64,000 nt of DNA from an uncultured Actinomycetes bacterium (GCA_963767005.1 CAVYCN010000008.1:96001-160000); one strand, 5' to 3'. Shown: positions 28,174 to 37,394, numbered from the stretch's first letter. Notes: generated by a model from the letters alone, not told the origin. Numbers and translations are program-made.

Positions 28174-30069
28174 GTGCACGTCGCCATCGCCCTGATCCCG
28201 GCCCTGCCGCTCGCCGGCTTCGTGATCACGCTGCTGCTCGGCCGCAACGCGCTGGCCCGGCGGCCCGAGGTCGCGTCGCTCGCCGCCGTCACCGGCTCGT
28301 GGGTGCTCAGCATGGTCGTCGTGGCGCACGTCTTCGGCCACCACACGCAGACGATCGACGTGCACCTGTTCAGCTGGGTCTCGGCCGGCTCGTTTCAGGT
28401 GCAGTGGGGCTACTACGTCGATGCGCTCGCCGCCGTCATGCTCATCGTGGTCAGCACGATCGGCATGCTCGTGCACTACTACTCGATCGGCTACATGCGC
28501 GGCGACGGTGGCTACTACCGATTCTTCGCCTACCTCAACCTCTTCATGTTCGCCATGTTCACCCTCGTGCTGGCCGACAACTACCTGCTCATGTTCCTGG
28601 GCTGGGAGGGCGTGGGCCTCTGCTCGTACCTGCTGATCTCGTTCTGGTTCCACAAGAAGAGCGCCTCGCAGGCCGGCAAGAAGGCCTTCCTCGTCAACCG
28701 CGTGGGCGACTGGGGCTTCACCCTGGGCGTGTTCCTCATGTTCGTGACGTTCGGCACCCTGCAGTTCTCGCAGGTCTTCGCCCACGCGGCCCACGTGAGC
28801 CCGGGTCTCGTCACCTGGATCAGCCTGCTGCTCTTCGTCGGCGCGGTCGGCAAGAGCGCCCAGTTCCCGCTGCACGTCTGGCTGCCCGACGCGATGGAGG
28901 GCCCGACCCCGGTCAGCGCCCTGATCCACGCCGCCACGATGGTGAACGCCGGCGTCTACATGATCGCCCGCAGCTACCCGCTCGTGAGCCACTCGCACAC
29001 CGCCATGCTCGTCGTCATGGGGGTGGGCTGCTTCACGGCGATCTACGCCGCCTGTATCGCGCTCACCCAGAACGACATCAAGAAGGTGATCGCCTACTCC
29101 ACGATCTCGTCGCTCGGCTTCATGTTCATGGCGCTCGGCGCGGGCGCCTGGGTGGCAGGCATCTTCTACCTGTTCGCCCACGGCTTCTTCAAGGGCCTGC
29201 TCTTCCTGGGCTCGGGCTCGGTGATCCACGCCATGTCGGGCGAGCAGGACATGCGTCACATGGGCGGCCTGCGCAAGAAGCTGCCGCTCACCTTCTGGAC
29301 GATGATGGTCGGCGCCCTCGCCAACGTCGGTCTGTTCCCGTTCGCCGGCTTCTGGGCCAAGGACGAGATCCTGGGCGGCGCCTTCTCGGGCCACTACTAC
29401 GTGGTCTGGCTGGTGGGTCTGGTCACCGCCTTCGTGACGGCGGTGTTCATGTTCCGCCTCATGTTCCTGACCTTCTGGGGCGAGAACCGCGCCGACGCCG
29501 AGGTGCAGCATCACATCCACGAGTCGTCGGCCGTGATGACCGTGCCGCTCGTCATCCTTGCCGTGCCGGCCGCGGTGCTCGGCCTGGTGATCGGCCTGCC
29601 GCCCGGCGGCGGCTGGCTGCACACCTTCCTGCACCCGGTCTTCTTCAGAGTCGAGAGCGAGCACTTCGCCTGGGCCGGCACCGGTGGCGCCCTCATGCTC
29701 CTGTCGCTCGTCGTGGTCGTGCTCGGCATCGGCACGTCGTGGCAGGCCTACCTGCGGCGCCCCGAGCTGCCCGCGCGAGTCGCCGCTCGCGTGCCCTGGG
29801 CCTACCAGGCGTCGCTGCACAAGTTCTATATGGACGAGATCTACGACGCCGGTGTGGTGCGTCCGGTCATGGGCTTCGCCTCGTGGCTGTGGACGTTCGT
29901 CGACGTCAAGGTGGTCGACGGCGCCGTCAACGGCATCGCCGCCGTCTGGGCCGCCTTCGGGCGCGCCCTGCGGCCGCTGCAGACCGGCCGCGCCCAGAGC
30001 TACGCGTTCGGCGTCTTCGGCGGCCTGTTCGTGCTCGTCATCATCGTCCGCTACGTCTGGAGGGCCTGA
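28174..30069 (+). CDS. nuoL: NADH-quinone oxidoreductase subunit L
   Basis: GWEGVGLCSYLLI, KAFLVNRVGD, GKSAQFPLHVWLPDAMEGPTPVSALIHAATMV, DIKKVIAYST. Confidence 0.96.
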   Translation: MHVAIALIPALPLAGFVITLLLGRNALARRPEVASLAAVTGSWVLSMVVVAHVFGHHTQTIDVHLFSWVSAGSFQVQWGYYVDALAAVMLIVVSTIGMLVHYYSIGYMRGDGGYYRFFAYLNLFMFAMFTLVLADNYLLMFLGWEGVGLCSYLLISFWFHKKSASQAGKKAFLVNRVGDWGFTLGVFLMFVTFGTLQFSQVFAHAAHVSPGLVTWISLLLFVGAVGKSAQFPLHVWLPDAMEGPTPVSALIHAATMVNAGVYMIARSYPLVSHSHTAMLVVMGVGCFTAIYAACIALTQNDIKKVIAYSTISSLGFMFMALGAGAWVAGIFYLFAHGFFKGLLFLGSGSVIHAMSGEQDMRHMGGLRKKLPLTFWTMMVGALANVGLFPFAGFWAKDEILGGAFSGHYYVVWLVGLVTAFVTAVFMFRLMFLTFWGENRADAEVQHHIHESSAVMTVPLVILAVPAAVLGLVIGLPPGGGWLHTFLHPVFFRVESEHFAWAGTGGALMLLSLVVVVLGIGTSWQAYLRRPELPARVAARVPWAYQASLHKFYMDEIYDAGVVRPVMGFASWLWTFVDVKVVDGAVNGIAAVWAAFGRALRPLQTGRAQSYAFGVFGGLFVLVIIVRYVWRA

Positions 30070-30071
30070 CC

Positions 30072-31661
30072 GTGGGCTGGCATCAGCAGGCGGGCTTTCC
30101 CATCCTCTCGGTCATCACGTACCTGCCGCTCGTCGGCGTCGTGATCATCGCCCTGTTCGGCAGGGGCCGGCCGACCTTCTACAAGGTCGTCAGCCTGGTC
30201 GTCACGCTGGCCGCCTTCGCGCTGTCGATCGTGCTGCTGCTCCGCCTCCACGCGAACCGGCCCGGCATGCAGTTCGTCGAGAACGTCGTCTGGATCAAGC
30301 GCTTCAACATCCACTACGGCTTCGGCATCGACGGCATCTCGGCGCTGTTCATCTTCCTGACCACGCTGCTCGGCTTCATCGTGATCATCGCGAGCTGGCA
30401 CTACGTCAAGGACCGCGAGCGCGGCTTCTTCGCGACGCTGCTGCTCCTCCAGGTCGGCATGACCGGCGTGTTCTGCGCGACCGACATCTTCCTGTTCTAC
30501 GTGTTCTGGGAGGCCATGCTGATCCCGATGTTCTTCATCATCGGGATCTGGGGCGGTCCCCGGAAGATCTACGCCGCCGTCAAGTTCTTCCTGTTCACGC
30601 TGGTCGGCAGCGTGCTCATGCTGGTCGCCATCATCGCCCTGGTCTGGTACGCGCGCGGCAACTCGCCGGTCGGGCTGACGTTCGACATCCAGCAGCTCTC
30701 GCACCTGATCCTGCCCTACGACCTGCAGCTCTGGGCCTTCGCCGCCTTCTTCGTCGCCTTCGCCATCAAGGTGCCGATGTGGCCGCTCCACACCTGGCTG
30801 CCCGACGCCCACGTCGAGGCCCCGACGGCGGGCTCCGTGATCCTCGCCGGCGTCCTGCTGAAGATGGGCGGCTACGGCATGCTGCGCTTCTGCCTGCCGA
30901 TCTTCCCCGACGCCGCGGTCGCCTTCATCCCGCTCGTCGTCGCCCTGTCGATCGTGGCCATCATCTACGGCGCCCTGGTGTCGATGCAGCAGAAGGACTT
31001 GAAGAAGCTCGTCGCCTACTCGAGCGTCAGCCACATGGGCTTCGTCACGCTCGGCATCTTCGTGTCGGTGGCCGTGCTCGGCAACGCCCAGGGCATGGTG
31101 GGCGCGATCCTCGTCATGTTCAGCCACGGCCTGCTCACGGGCGCCCTGTTCCTGCTGGTCGGCTTCCTCTACGAGCGCACGCACACGCGTGAGATCGCCG
31201 CGATGGCCCGTCTGGCCACGCCGCTGCCGGTGCTGGCCGGCTTCTTCCTGTTCTTCACGCTCGGCTCGCTCGGCCTGCCCGGCCTGTCGGGCTTCGTGGG
31301 CGAGTTCCTGAGCCTGCTCGGCCTGTTCCACTACTCGCACTGGATGGCGGCCGTCGCCGCCCTCGGCGTGATCCTGGCGGCCTGCTACCTGCTCTGGATG
31401 TTCCAGCGCGTCATGTTCAACGACCGCGGCGACGAGGCGGTCAAGCCGGCCTTCGCCCTGTCCGACTTCGGTGCGCGCGAGATCGCGTCGCTGCTGCCGC
31501 TCGTCGTGCTCGCCGTGTGGGTGGGCGTCTACCCCAACACCTTCATCAATCTCGTCCACCTGCCGGTCCAGCAGATCGTCGATCGCGTCGTGCCGTCCCT
31601 CGCCCAGGCCCACGGCGGGACACTCGCCGACCTCGGTCGTTTCGCACGGGGGCTGCTCTAG
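30072..31661 (+). CDS. nuoM: NADH-quinone oxidoreductase subunit M
   Basis: FYVFWEAMLIPM, AIKVPMWPLHTWLPDAHVEAPT, KKLVAYSSVSHMG, LPGLSGFVGEF. Confidence 0.96.
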   Translation: MGWHQQAGFPILSVITYLPLVGVVIIALFGRGRPTFYKVVSLVVTLAAFALSIVLLLRLHANRPGMQFVENVVWIKRFNIHYGFGIDGISALFIFLTTLLGFIVIIASWHYVKDRERGFFATLLLLQVGMTGVFCATDIFLFYVFWEAMLIPMFFIIGIWGGPRKIYAAVKFFLFTLVGSVLMLVAIIALVWYARGNSPVGLTFDIQQLSHLILPYDLQLWAFAAFFVAFAIKVPMWPLHTWLPDAHVEAPTAGSVILAGVLLKMGGYGMLRFCLPIFPDAAVAFIPLVVALSIVAIIYGALVSMQQKDLKKLVAYSSVSHMGFVTLGIFVSVAVLGNAQGMVGAILVMFSHGLLTGALFLLVGFLYERTHTREIAAMARLATPLPVLAGFFLFFTLGSLGLPGLSGFVGEFLSLLGLFHYSHWMAAVAALGVILAACYLLWMFQRVMFNDRGDEAVKPAFALSDFGAREIASLLPLVVLAVWVGVYPNTFINLVHLPVQQIVDRVVPSLAQAHGGTLADLGRFARGLL

Positions 31662-33185
31662 ATGAACAACTCGGTCTTCATCGTGCTGCCCACCGTCGTC
31701 ATCCTCGCGACCGCGGTGGTCGTGCTGCTCGCCGACCTCGTCTTCGAGCGGCGCCCCAAGGTCCTCGGCTGGCTGTCCGCCGGCGGCCTCGTCGTGGCCG
31801 CCTCGGTGGCGATCGGCCAGTGGGCGACCTGGTCGGGTGGCGACGCGCTCTGGCGCGTCTTCACCGGCGGCCTCGGGTTCGGCGCCCGGCAGGGCAGATA
31901 CGGCTTCAACGGCATGGTCCGGCTCGACCAGTACGGGCTCTTCTTCACGGTGCTGTTCTGCGCGATCGGCGTGCTCACCGTCCTGCTGTCCGACGGCTAC
32001 CTTGCCCAGCATCGCATCAAGGCGGGCGAGTTCTACCTGCTGCTGCTGCTCGCCTTGAGCGGCATGGTCTGCATGGCGATCTCGACCGACCTCATCGCCC
32101 TGCTCGTGTCGTTCGAGCTCATGTCGTTGCCGAGCTACGTGCTGGCCGGCGTGCTGCGCCGCGACCGCAAGTCGGGCGAGGCGGCCATCAAGTACTTCGT
32201 GAACGGCGCCTTCGCGTCGGCCGTCCTCGCCTTCGGCCTCGCCCTCGTCTACGGCGCGACCGGGGCCACGGGCTACGGCTCCATCCAGCGCTCACTCGCC
32301 GCCGGCGACCCGCGCAACGCGATGCTGCTCGTCGCCCTCGTGCTGGTGGCGACCGGCTTCGGCTTCAAGATCGCAGCGGTGCCGTTCCACGGCTGGGCGC
32401 CCGACGTCTACGAAGGCGCCCCGACGCCGGTCACCGCCTTCATGTCGGTCGGCATCAAGGCCGGCGCCTTCGCCGGCTTCCTGCGTATCGTCGCTCTGGC
32501 GCTCATCCCGGCCTCGCAGGGCTGGTCCGACGTGCTGATCATCCTGGCCGTGCTGACCATGGTCGTCGGCAACGTGCTCGCCCTGCCGCAGCGCAACCTC
32601 AAGCGGCTGCTCGCCTACTCGAGCATCGCGCACGCCGGCTACCTGCTCCTCGGCCTGGTCGCCCTGGGCCGCAGCCACGACACGACCGGCGCCGGCGCGG
32701 TCCTGTTCTACCTGGCCGCCTACACGTTCATGAACCTCGGCGCGTTCGGCGTGCTCGTGCTCATCCGCAACCGCCGGGCCTTTGCCTACACGCTCGACGA
32801 GCTCGCCGGCATGGGTCGCAGCATGCCGCTCACCGCCTTCGCCATGACGCTCTTCATGCTGTCGCTGACCGGCATCCCGCCGCTCGCCGGCTTCTGGGGC
32901 AAGTTCTACCTGTTCACGGCCGTGATCGACGCGCACCTCACCTGGCTCGCGGTCGTCGCCGTCGTGATGAGCGCGGTGTCGGCGTTCTACTACCTGCGGA
33001 TCGTCTGGTACCTGTACTTCCGCGAGGCCGAGCCGGCCGCCGAGGAGCCCGAGCTGCTGGCCGCCGACGGCGGCATCGCCAGCGCGACGGCCGTCGCGGT
33101 GCTCGGCGTGCTCGCGGTGGGCGTGTACCCGTCGCCGGTCATCGCCGCGGCGCAGGGAGCCGTGCGCCTCATCTTCAAGGCCTGA
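31662..33185 (+). CDS. nuoN: NADH-quinone oxidoreductase subunit N
   Basis: EAAIKYF, FKIAAVPFHGWAPDVYEGAPTP, KRLLAYSSIAHAGY, GIPPLAGFWGK. Confidence 0.96.
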   Translation: MNNSVFIVLPTVVILATAVVVLLADLVFERRPKVLGWLSAGGLVVAASVAIGQWATWSGGDALWRVFTGGLGFGARQGRYGFNGMVRLDQYGLFFTVLFCAIGVLTVLLSDGYLAQHRIKAGEFYLLLLLALSGMVCMAISTDLIALLVSFELMSLPSYVLAGVLRRDRKSGEAAIKYFVNGAFASAVLAFGLALVYGATGATGYGSIQRSLAAGDPRNAMLLVALVLVATGFGFKIAAVPFHGWAPDVYEGAPTPVTAFMSVGIKAGAFAGFLRIVALALIPASQGWSDVLIILAVLTMVVGNVLALPQRNLKRLLAYSSIAHAGYLLLGLVALGRSHDTTGAGAVLFYLAAYTFMNLGAFGVLVLIRNRRAFAYTLDELAGMGRSMPLTAFAMTLFMLSLTGIPPLAGFWGKFYLFTAVIDAHLTWLAVVAVVMSAVSAFYYLRIVWYLYFREAEPAAEEPELLAADGGIASATAVAVLGVLAVGVYPSPVIAAAQGAVRLIFKA

Positions 33186-33313
33186 GGGCCGCGCGCAAGC
33201 GGCGGCCTGCCGGTCGCGTCGCCGCCGTTTCTGGCCGGGCAGCCGCGCTGCCGGCGCTGGGGGGGATCTCGTGATCGTGCGCACCGCGACCGCGTGCGCC
33301 TGTCCCGCCACGA

Positions 33314-33337
33314 CCTGTTGCCAGCGCTGGCAACAGG
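33314..33337. promoter_or_regulatory. perfect 24-bp palindrome upstream of ymdB (possible operator)
   Basis: CCTGTTGCCAGC|GCTGGCAACAGG with no loop; TAGACT -10-like box at 33376-33381. Confidence 0.45.
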
Positions 33338-33421
33338 CGCGCTGTCGGGTACGGCTGGCATCGTCGCCCGCAGGGTAGACTAGCGGTCTCCGGCCGGGCT
33401 GGTACGAAGGGAGAAACGCGG

Positions 33422-34195
33422 GTGAGGATCCTGTTCCTGGGCGACGTGTTCGGGCAGCCCGGGCGCGACGCCGTCGTGCGCGAGCTGCCCGGTCTCGTCG
33501 ACGAGTTCGAGACCGACTTCGTCGTGGCCAACGGCGAGAACGTGGCCAACGGCGCCGGCATCACGTCGAAGCTCGCCCAGAAGCTGCTGACCGCCGGGGT
33601 CGACGTGATCACCACCGGCAACCATGTCTGGCGTCAGCGCGAGATCTTTCCGTTCCTCGACTCCAGCGACCGCATCGTGCGCCCGGCGAACTTCCCGCCG
33701 TCGAGCCCGGGCCGCGGCCTCACCGTGCGCACGGCGGCAAGCGGCGACGAGGTGGTCGTCATCAACCTCATGGGTCAGGTCTTCATGGGCACGAGCATCT
33801 CGCCCTTCCGTATCGTCGACGCGCTCGTCGACGAGGCTCAGACGATGGCCGAGACGATCGTCGTCGACCTGCACGCCGAGGCGACGAGCGAGAAGGTCGC
33901 CATGACCAGGTACCTCGACGGCCGCGTCACCGCCGTGATCGGCACGCACACCCACATCCAGACGGCCGACGAGCACGTCACGGCGCAGGGCACCGCGGCC
34001 ATCACCGACGTCGGCATGTGCGGCCCGCGCGACTCGGTGATCGGCGTGCGCAGCGACATCATCCTGCGACGCTTTCTGACCGAGCTGCCGGCGCAGTTCG
34101 AGGTGGCCGACGGCGACGTGCGCATCGACGCGCTCGTCGTCACCGCCGCGGGCGGCCGGGCGACCGCGGTCGAACGCCTGGAGCGACGGTGCTAG
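33422..34195 (+). CDS. ymdB: YmdB/TIGR00282-family metallophosphoesterase
   Basis: ILFLGDVFG, ANGEN, TTGNH, RPAN, DLHAEATSEK, GTHTH, TDVGMCG. Confidence 0.93.
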   Translation: MRILFLGDVFGQPGRDAVVRELPGLVDEFETDFVVANGENVANGAGITSKLAQKLLTAGVDVITTGNHVWRQREIFPFLDSSDRIVRPANFPPSSPGRGLTVRTAASGDEVVVINLMGQVFMGTSISPFRIVDALVDEAQTMAETIVVDLHAEATSEKVAMTRYLDGRVTAVIGTHTHIQTADEHVTAQGTAAITDVGMCGPRDSVIGVRSDIILRRFLTELPAQFEVADGDVRIDALVVTAAGGRATAVERLERRC

Positions 34196-34269
34196 GCGGC
34201 CGCCGCCGGCCATCCAGGGCACGCCGGGACCCGGTCCCGGCGCAGGCGCGAGCGCGGCGTCGCGGGGCG

Positions 34270-34298
34270 CTCAAGTGATGGCGGGGACCCACCGATGA
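34270..34298 (+). promoter_or_regulatory. sigma28-type promoter
   Basis: cTCAA-N16-ACCGATGA upstream of the priming sugar transferase. Confidence 0.6.
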
Positions 34299-34408
34299 AC
34301 GGGGCAGGCGGGCAGCCCGGGACGGCGACGAGCGACCTGGTCAAACAGTCGTCGCCCACCGAAGCCATGGGTAGCCTTGCTCGAGACGGCCGCATCAGGG
34401 GCAGCTCG

Positions 34409-35956
34409 ATGGAAGAGGCAGCAGAGCCGGTGAGCGACGGCATCGTCAAGGAGAACACGTACGCGGCTGCTCCCAACGGCGCGAACCTCGACGCCGGCCT
34501 TGCGCTCGGCGAGGTCGCGGTCGGCAGCCCGCGCGGGGTGGGGGGTCGGCGCGCGCTCGTCACGCTCGCCGGCGACTGCGTCGCACTGGCCCTCGCGTCG
34601 GCCCTCGCCTACGTGCTGCTGCCGCTCATGGCGCACATGCCGCTCGTCGAGCGCTCCCTCGGCGACTACGCCAGCCTCAGGCCGCCGCTCGCCGCCATCT
34701 TCTTCATGGTGCCCTGGACGATCTTCGTGCTGTACGGTTACGGCCTGTACCGCAGCTCGGCGCGCAGCATCAACGGCTGGGTGTTCTCCGAGGGCCTGCG
34801 CGGTCTGACCGCGATCTCGGTGGCGGCCTGGAGCGCCCTCGTCCTCACCCTGGTGCTCGACGGCACGACCGACGCGCTCGGCTACATCGCCGTGCTCTGG
34901 GGCTGCGAGGTCGCCGCCGTGCCGCTCTGCCGGGCCGTGGCGCGGGCCGCGGTGTGGCGCTCGCCGCGCCTGTCGGAACGCACCCTGATCGTCGGCGCCG
35001 GCGCGGTCGGGCATCTGCTGGGCGAGAAGATCGGCAAGCACCCCGAGTACAACCTGCGCCTCGTCGGCTACCTCGACGACGGCGAGCCGTTCGGGCCGAG
35101 CAAGCTGCCCGTGCCGGTGATCGGCCGGCTCGAGGACCTGAACGACGTGCTCGACAGCCAGCGCGTGACGCGCGTGATCATCGCGTTCTCACGGGCTCGC
35201 CACCAGCAGATCCTCGACGTGGTGCGTACCTGCGCCGACCGCGGCGTGCGGGTGAACATCGTGCCGCGGCTGTTCGAGATCCTGAGCTCGCAGACCGAGA
35301 TGGACGACGTCGAGGGCATCCCCCTGCTCGACGTCGCCCACGTCGAGATGTCGCGCTTCAACATGGTGGTCAAGCGCGCCTTCGACCTCGTGGCCGGCGG
35401 CGCGCTGACCCTGCTGGTGCTACCGCTGATCGGCGTGCTCGCCGTGGCCATCAAGCTCGACTCGCGCGGCCCCGTGTTCTTCAGGCAGGAGCGCATGGGG
35501 CGCGGTGGCCACGTGTTCCGCATGATCAAGCTGCGCTCGATGCACGTGAACGCCGAGGAGCTGCGCCATGACCTCGCCGACCTGAACGAGTACTCGGGGC
35601 CGATGTTCAAGATGAAGAGCGATCCGCGGGTCACACGCGTGGGGCGTTTCATCCGCAAGTGGAGCCTCGACGAGGTGCCCCAGATCCTCAACGTGGTGCG
35701 TGGCGAGATGAGCCTGGTGGGCCCCCGACCGCTCTGGGTCGACGAGGCTGCCCGCTGCCGGGGCTGGACCAAGAAGCGTCTCGACATCACGCCCGGCATG
35801 ACCGGCCTGTGGCAGGTGACCGGCCGCAACGACGTGCCCTTCGACGAGATGGTCAAGCTCGACTACATGTACGTCACCGGCTGGACGCTGTCCTGGGACA
35901 TCAAGATCCTGCTCGAGACCATCCCCGCCGTGCTGGGCAAGCGCGGCGCCTACTGA
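34409..35956 (+). CDS. polyprenyl-phosphate glycosylphosphotransferase (WcaJ/WbaP-type priming sugar transferase); start uncertain
   Basis: N-terminal TMs, LIVGAG, KRAFDL, GPVFFRQERMG, DPRVTRVGRFIRKWSLDEVPQ, GEMSLVGPRP, PGMTGLWQV. Confidence 0.93.
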   Translation: MEEAAEPVSDGIVKENTYAAAPNGANLDAGLALGEVAVGSPRGVGGRRALVTLAGDCVALALASALAYVLLPLMAHMPLVERSLGDYASLRPPLAAIFFMVPWTIFVLYGYGLYRSSARSINGWVFSEGLRGLTAISVAAWSALVLTLVLDGTTDALGYIAVLWGCEVAAVPLCRAVARAAVWRSPRLSERTLIVGAGAVGHLLGEKIGKHPEYNLRLVGYLDDGEPFGPSKLPVPVIGRLEDLNDVLDSQRVTRVIIAFSRARHQQILDVVRTCADRGVRVNIVPRLFEILSSQTEMDDVEGIPLLDVAHVEMSRFNMVVKRAFDLVAGGALTLLVLPLIGVLAVAIKLDSRGPVFFRQERMGRGGHVFRMIKLRSMHVNAEELRHDLADLNEYSGPMFKMKSDPRVTRVGRFIRKWSLDEVPQILNVVRGEMSLVGPRPLWVDEAARCRGWTKKRLDITPGMTGLWQVTGRNDVPFDEMVKLDYMYVTGWTLSWDIKILLETIPAVLGKRGAY

Positions 35957-36087
35957 CGCGGAGAGACCCCCTTCCCCAGCTCCTCCGCCTCGTATAGGCT
36001 TGGCGTCGTCGGCGCGGCCGTCGACGACCCGGGCTCGTCCTTTTGCGGACGCGAAGCCGCGGGCCGGGCGGCCGGACGCGCGAGTGG

Positions 36088-36161
36088 GGCGGCATGGCCA
36101 AGTGGTAAGGCGGGGGTGCGCAACACCTCGATCCCAGGTTCGACTCCTGGTGCCGCCTCCA
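36088..36161 (+). tRNA. tRNA-Cys(GCA) with atypical anticodon loop
   Basis: Cloverleaf: GGCGGCA/TGCCGCC acceptor, AGTGGTA D-loop, GGGGT/ACCTC anticodon stem with loop GC-GCA-AC, CCAGG-TTCGACT-CCTGG T-arm, discriminator U and encoded CCA. Confidence 0.88.
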
Positions 36162-36271
36162 GTCGTCCCGACGGCATCGTCCGCCGGCCGTCGCCCGGTG
36201 CCGCACCCCCTCGCGACCGCGCTTGGCCACCCTCCCGGCGTCCTTTCGGCGTCGCTTCGGGCGCCGAGGGG

Positions 36272-36299
36272 TAAGCACGGGCACGGATCCGGCCGATAA
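36272..36299 (+). promoter_or_regulatory. sigma28-type promoter
   Basis: TAAG-N16-GCCGATAA about 50 nt upstream of the epimerase start. Confidence 0.7.
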
Positions 36300-36349
36300 G
36301 AGCCCGTGAGCGCCGGCGGGTGCGCGGGCGCAACGACAGAGGAGGAGCG

Positions 36350-37309
36350 GTGGCACAGGAGCGAGTACTCGTGACCGGCGGGGCCGGCTTCATCGGCTCG
36401 AACATCGTCGACGCCCTGCTGGCCGACGGCTCCTGGGCCGTACGCGTCCTCGACAGCTTCGCCACCGGTCGGCGCGGCAACCTGGCCCACTGCCTCGACG
36501 ACATCGAGCTCGTCGAGGGCGACATCCGCGACCTCGAGACCGTCGAGGAGGCCGTCGACGGCGTACAGCTCATCCTGCACCAGGCCGCGCTGCCGTCGGT
36601 CAGCCGTTCCGTGAAGGCGCCGGTCACGACCAACGCGGTCAACGTCGAGGGTACCCTCAAGCTGCTCTCGGCCGCGCGGCGGGCGGGCGTGCGCAGGGTC
36701 GTGCTGGCCTCGTCGTCGTCGGTCTACGGCGACGGGCACGAGCTGCCCAAGACCGAGCAGATGCCGCCGCGGCCGATGTCGCCGTACGCCGTGACCAAGC
36801 TGGCCGCCGAGAGCTTCTGCCGGGTGTTCTCCGAGATCTACGGCCTCGAGACCCTGGCGTTGCGCTACTTCAACGTCTTCGGGCCACGCCAGGACCCCAC
36901 GTCGCAGTACTCGGGCGTGATCGCCCGCTTCGCCCTGTCGGCGCTGCACAACGTGCCCTACCGCGTGTACGGCGACGGTCTGCAGTCGCGCGACTTCTCC
37001 TACATCGACAACGTCGTGCACGCCAACCTGCTCGCGCTGCGGGCGCCGCGTGTGAGCGGCGAGGTGGTCAACATCGCCTGCGGCGAGCGCATCACCCTGC
37101 TCGACATGGTCACCGTCTTGAACGAGCTGGTCGGGCGCGAGGTGCCGGTCGAGTTCGTCGACCCGCGGCCCGGCGAGGTACGCCACTCCCAGGCGGGCAT
37201 CCAGCGGGCCGCCGAGCTGCTCGACTACCATCCGGTGGTCGACTTCCGCGCCGGTATGGCACGCACGTTCGCCTGGTACGAGGAGCAGGAGTCGGCGCCG
37301 GTCGTCTAG
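36350..37309 (+). CDS. NAD-dependent nucleotide-sugar 4-epimerase/dehydratase (WbpP/GalE-like SDR)
   Basis: GGAGGAG RBS; VTGGAGFIGS, HQAALPSV, SPYAVTK (YxxxK), RYFNVFGPRQDP. Confidence 0.92.
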   Translation: MAQERVLVTGGAGFIGSNIVDALLADGSWAVRVLDSFATGRRGNLAHCLDDIELVEGDIRDLETVEEAVDGVQLILHQAALPSVSRSVKAPVTTNAVNVEGTLKLLSAARRAGVRRVVLASSSSVYGDGHELPKTEQMPPRPMSPYAVTKLAAESFCRVFSEIYGLETLALRYFNVFGPRQDPTSQYSGVIARFALSALHNVPYRVYGDGLQSRDFSYIDNVVHANLLALRAPRVSGEVVNIACGERITLLDMVTVLNELVGREVPVEFVDPRPGEVRHSQAGIQRAAELLDYHPVVDFRAGMARTFAWYEEQESAPVV

Positions 37310-37322
37310 CGGCCGGCGCGGG

Positions 37323-37370
37323 GTCGAGCGGGGCGGGGCGCCGCGTCAGCGGCGCCCCGCCCCGCTCGAC
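37323..37370. terminator. 22-bp perfect hairpin between convergent genes
   Basis: GTCGAGCGGGGCGGGGCGCCGC-gtca-GCGGCGCCCCGCCCCGCTCGAC. Confidence 0.72.
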
Positions 37371-37394
37371 TGCCTTTGCGTCTCGGATGTGGTC

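Noticed and set aside
34295-34408. ORF-track start at 34295 for the sugar transferase
   Set aside because: That ATG lies within the predicted -10 element, so a downstream start (34367, 34409 or 34430) is more plausible.
36088-36300. tRNA as integration site of a genomic island
   Set aside because: No integrase and no duplicated tRNA 3' end seen in the window, and glycan genes lie on both sides of the tRNA.
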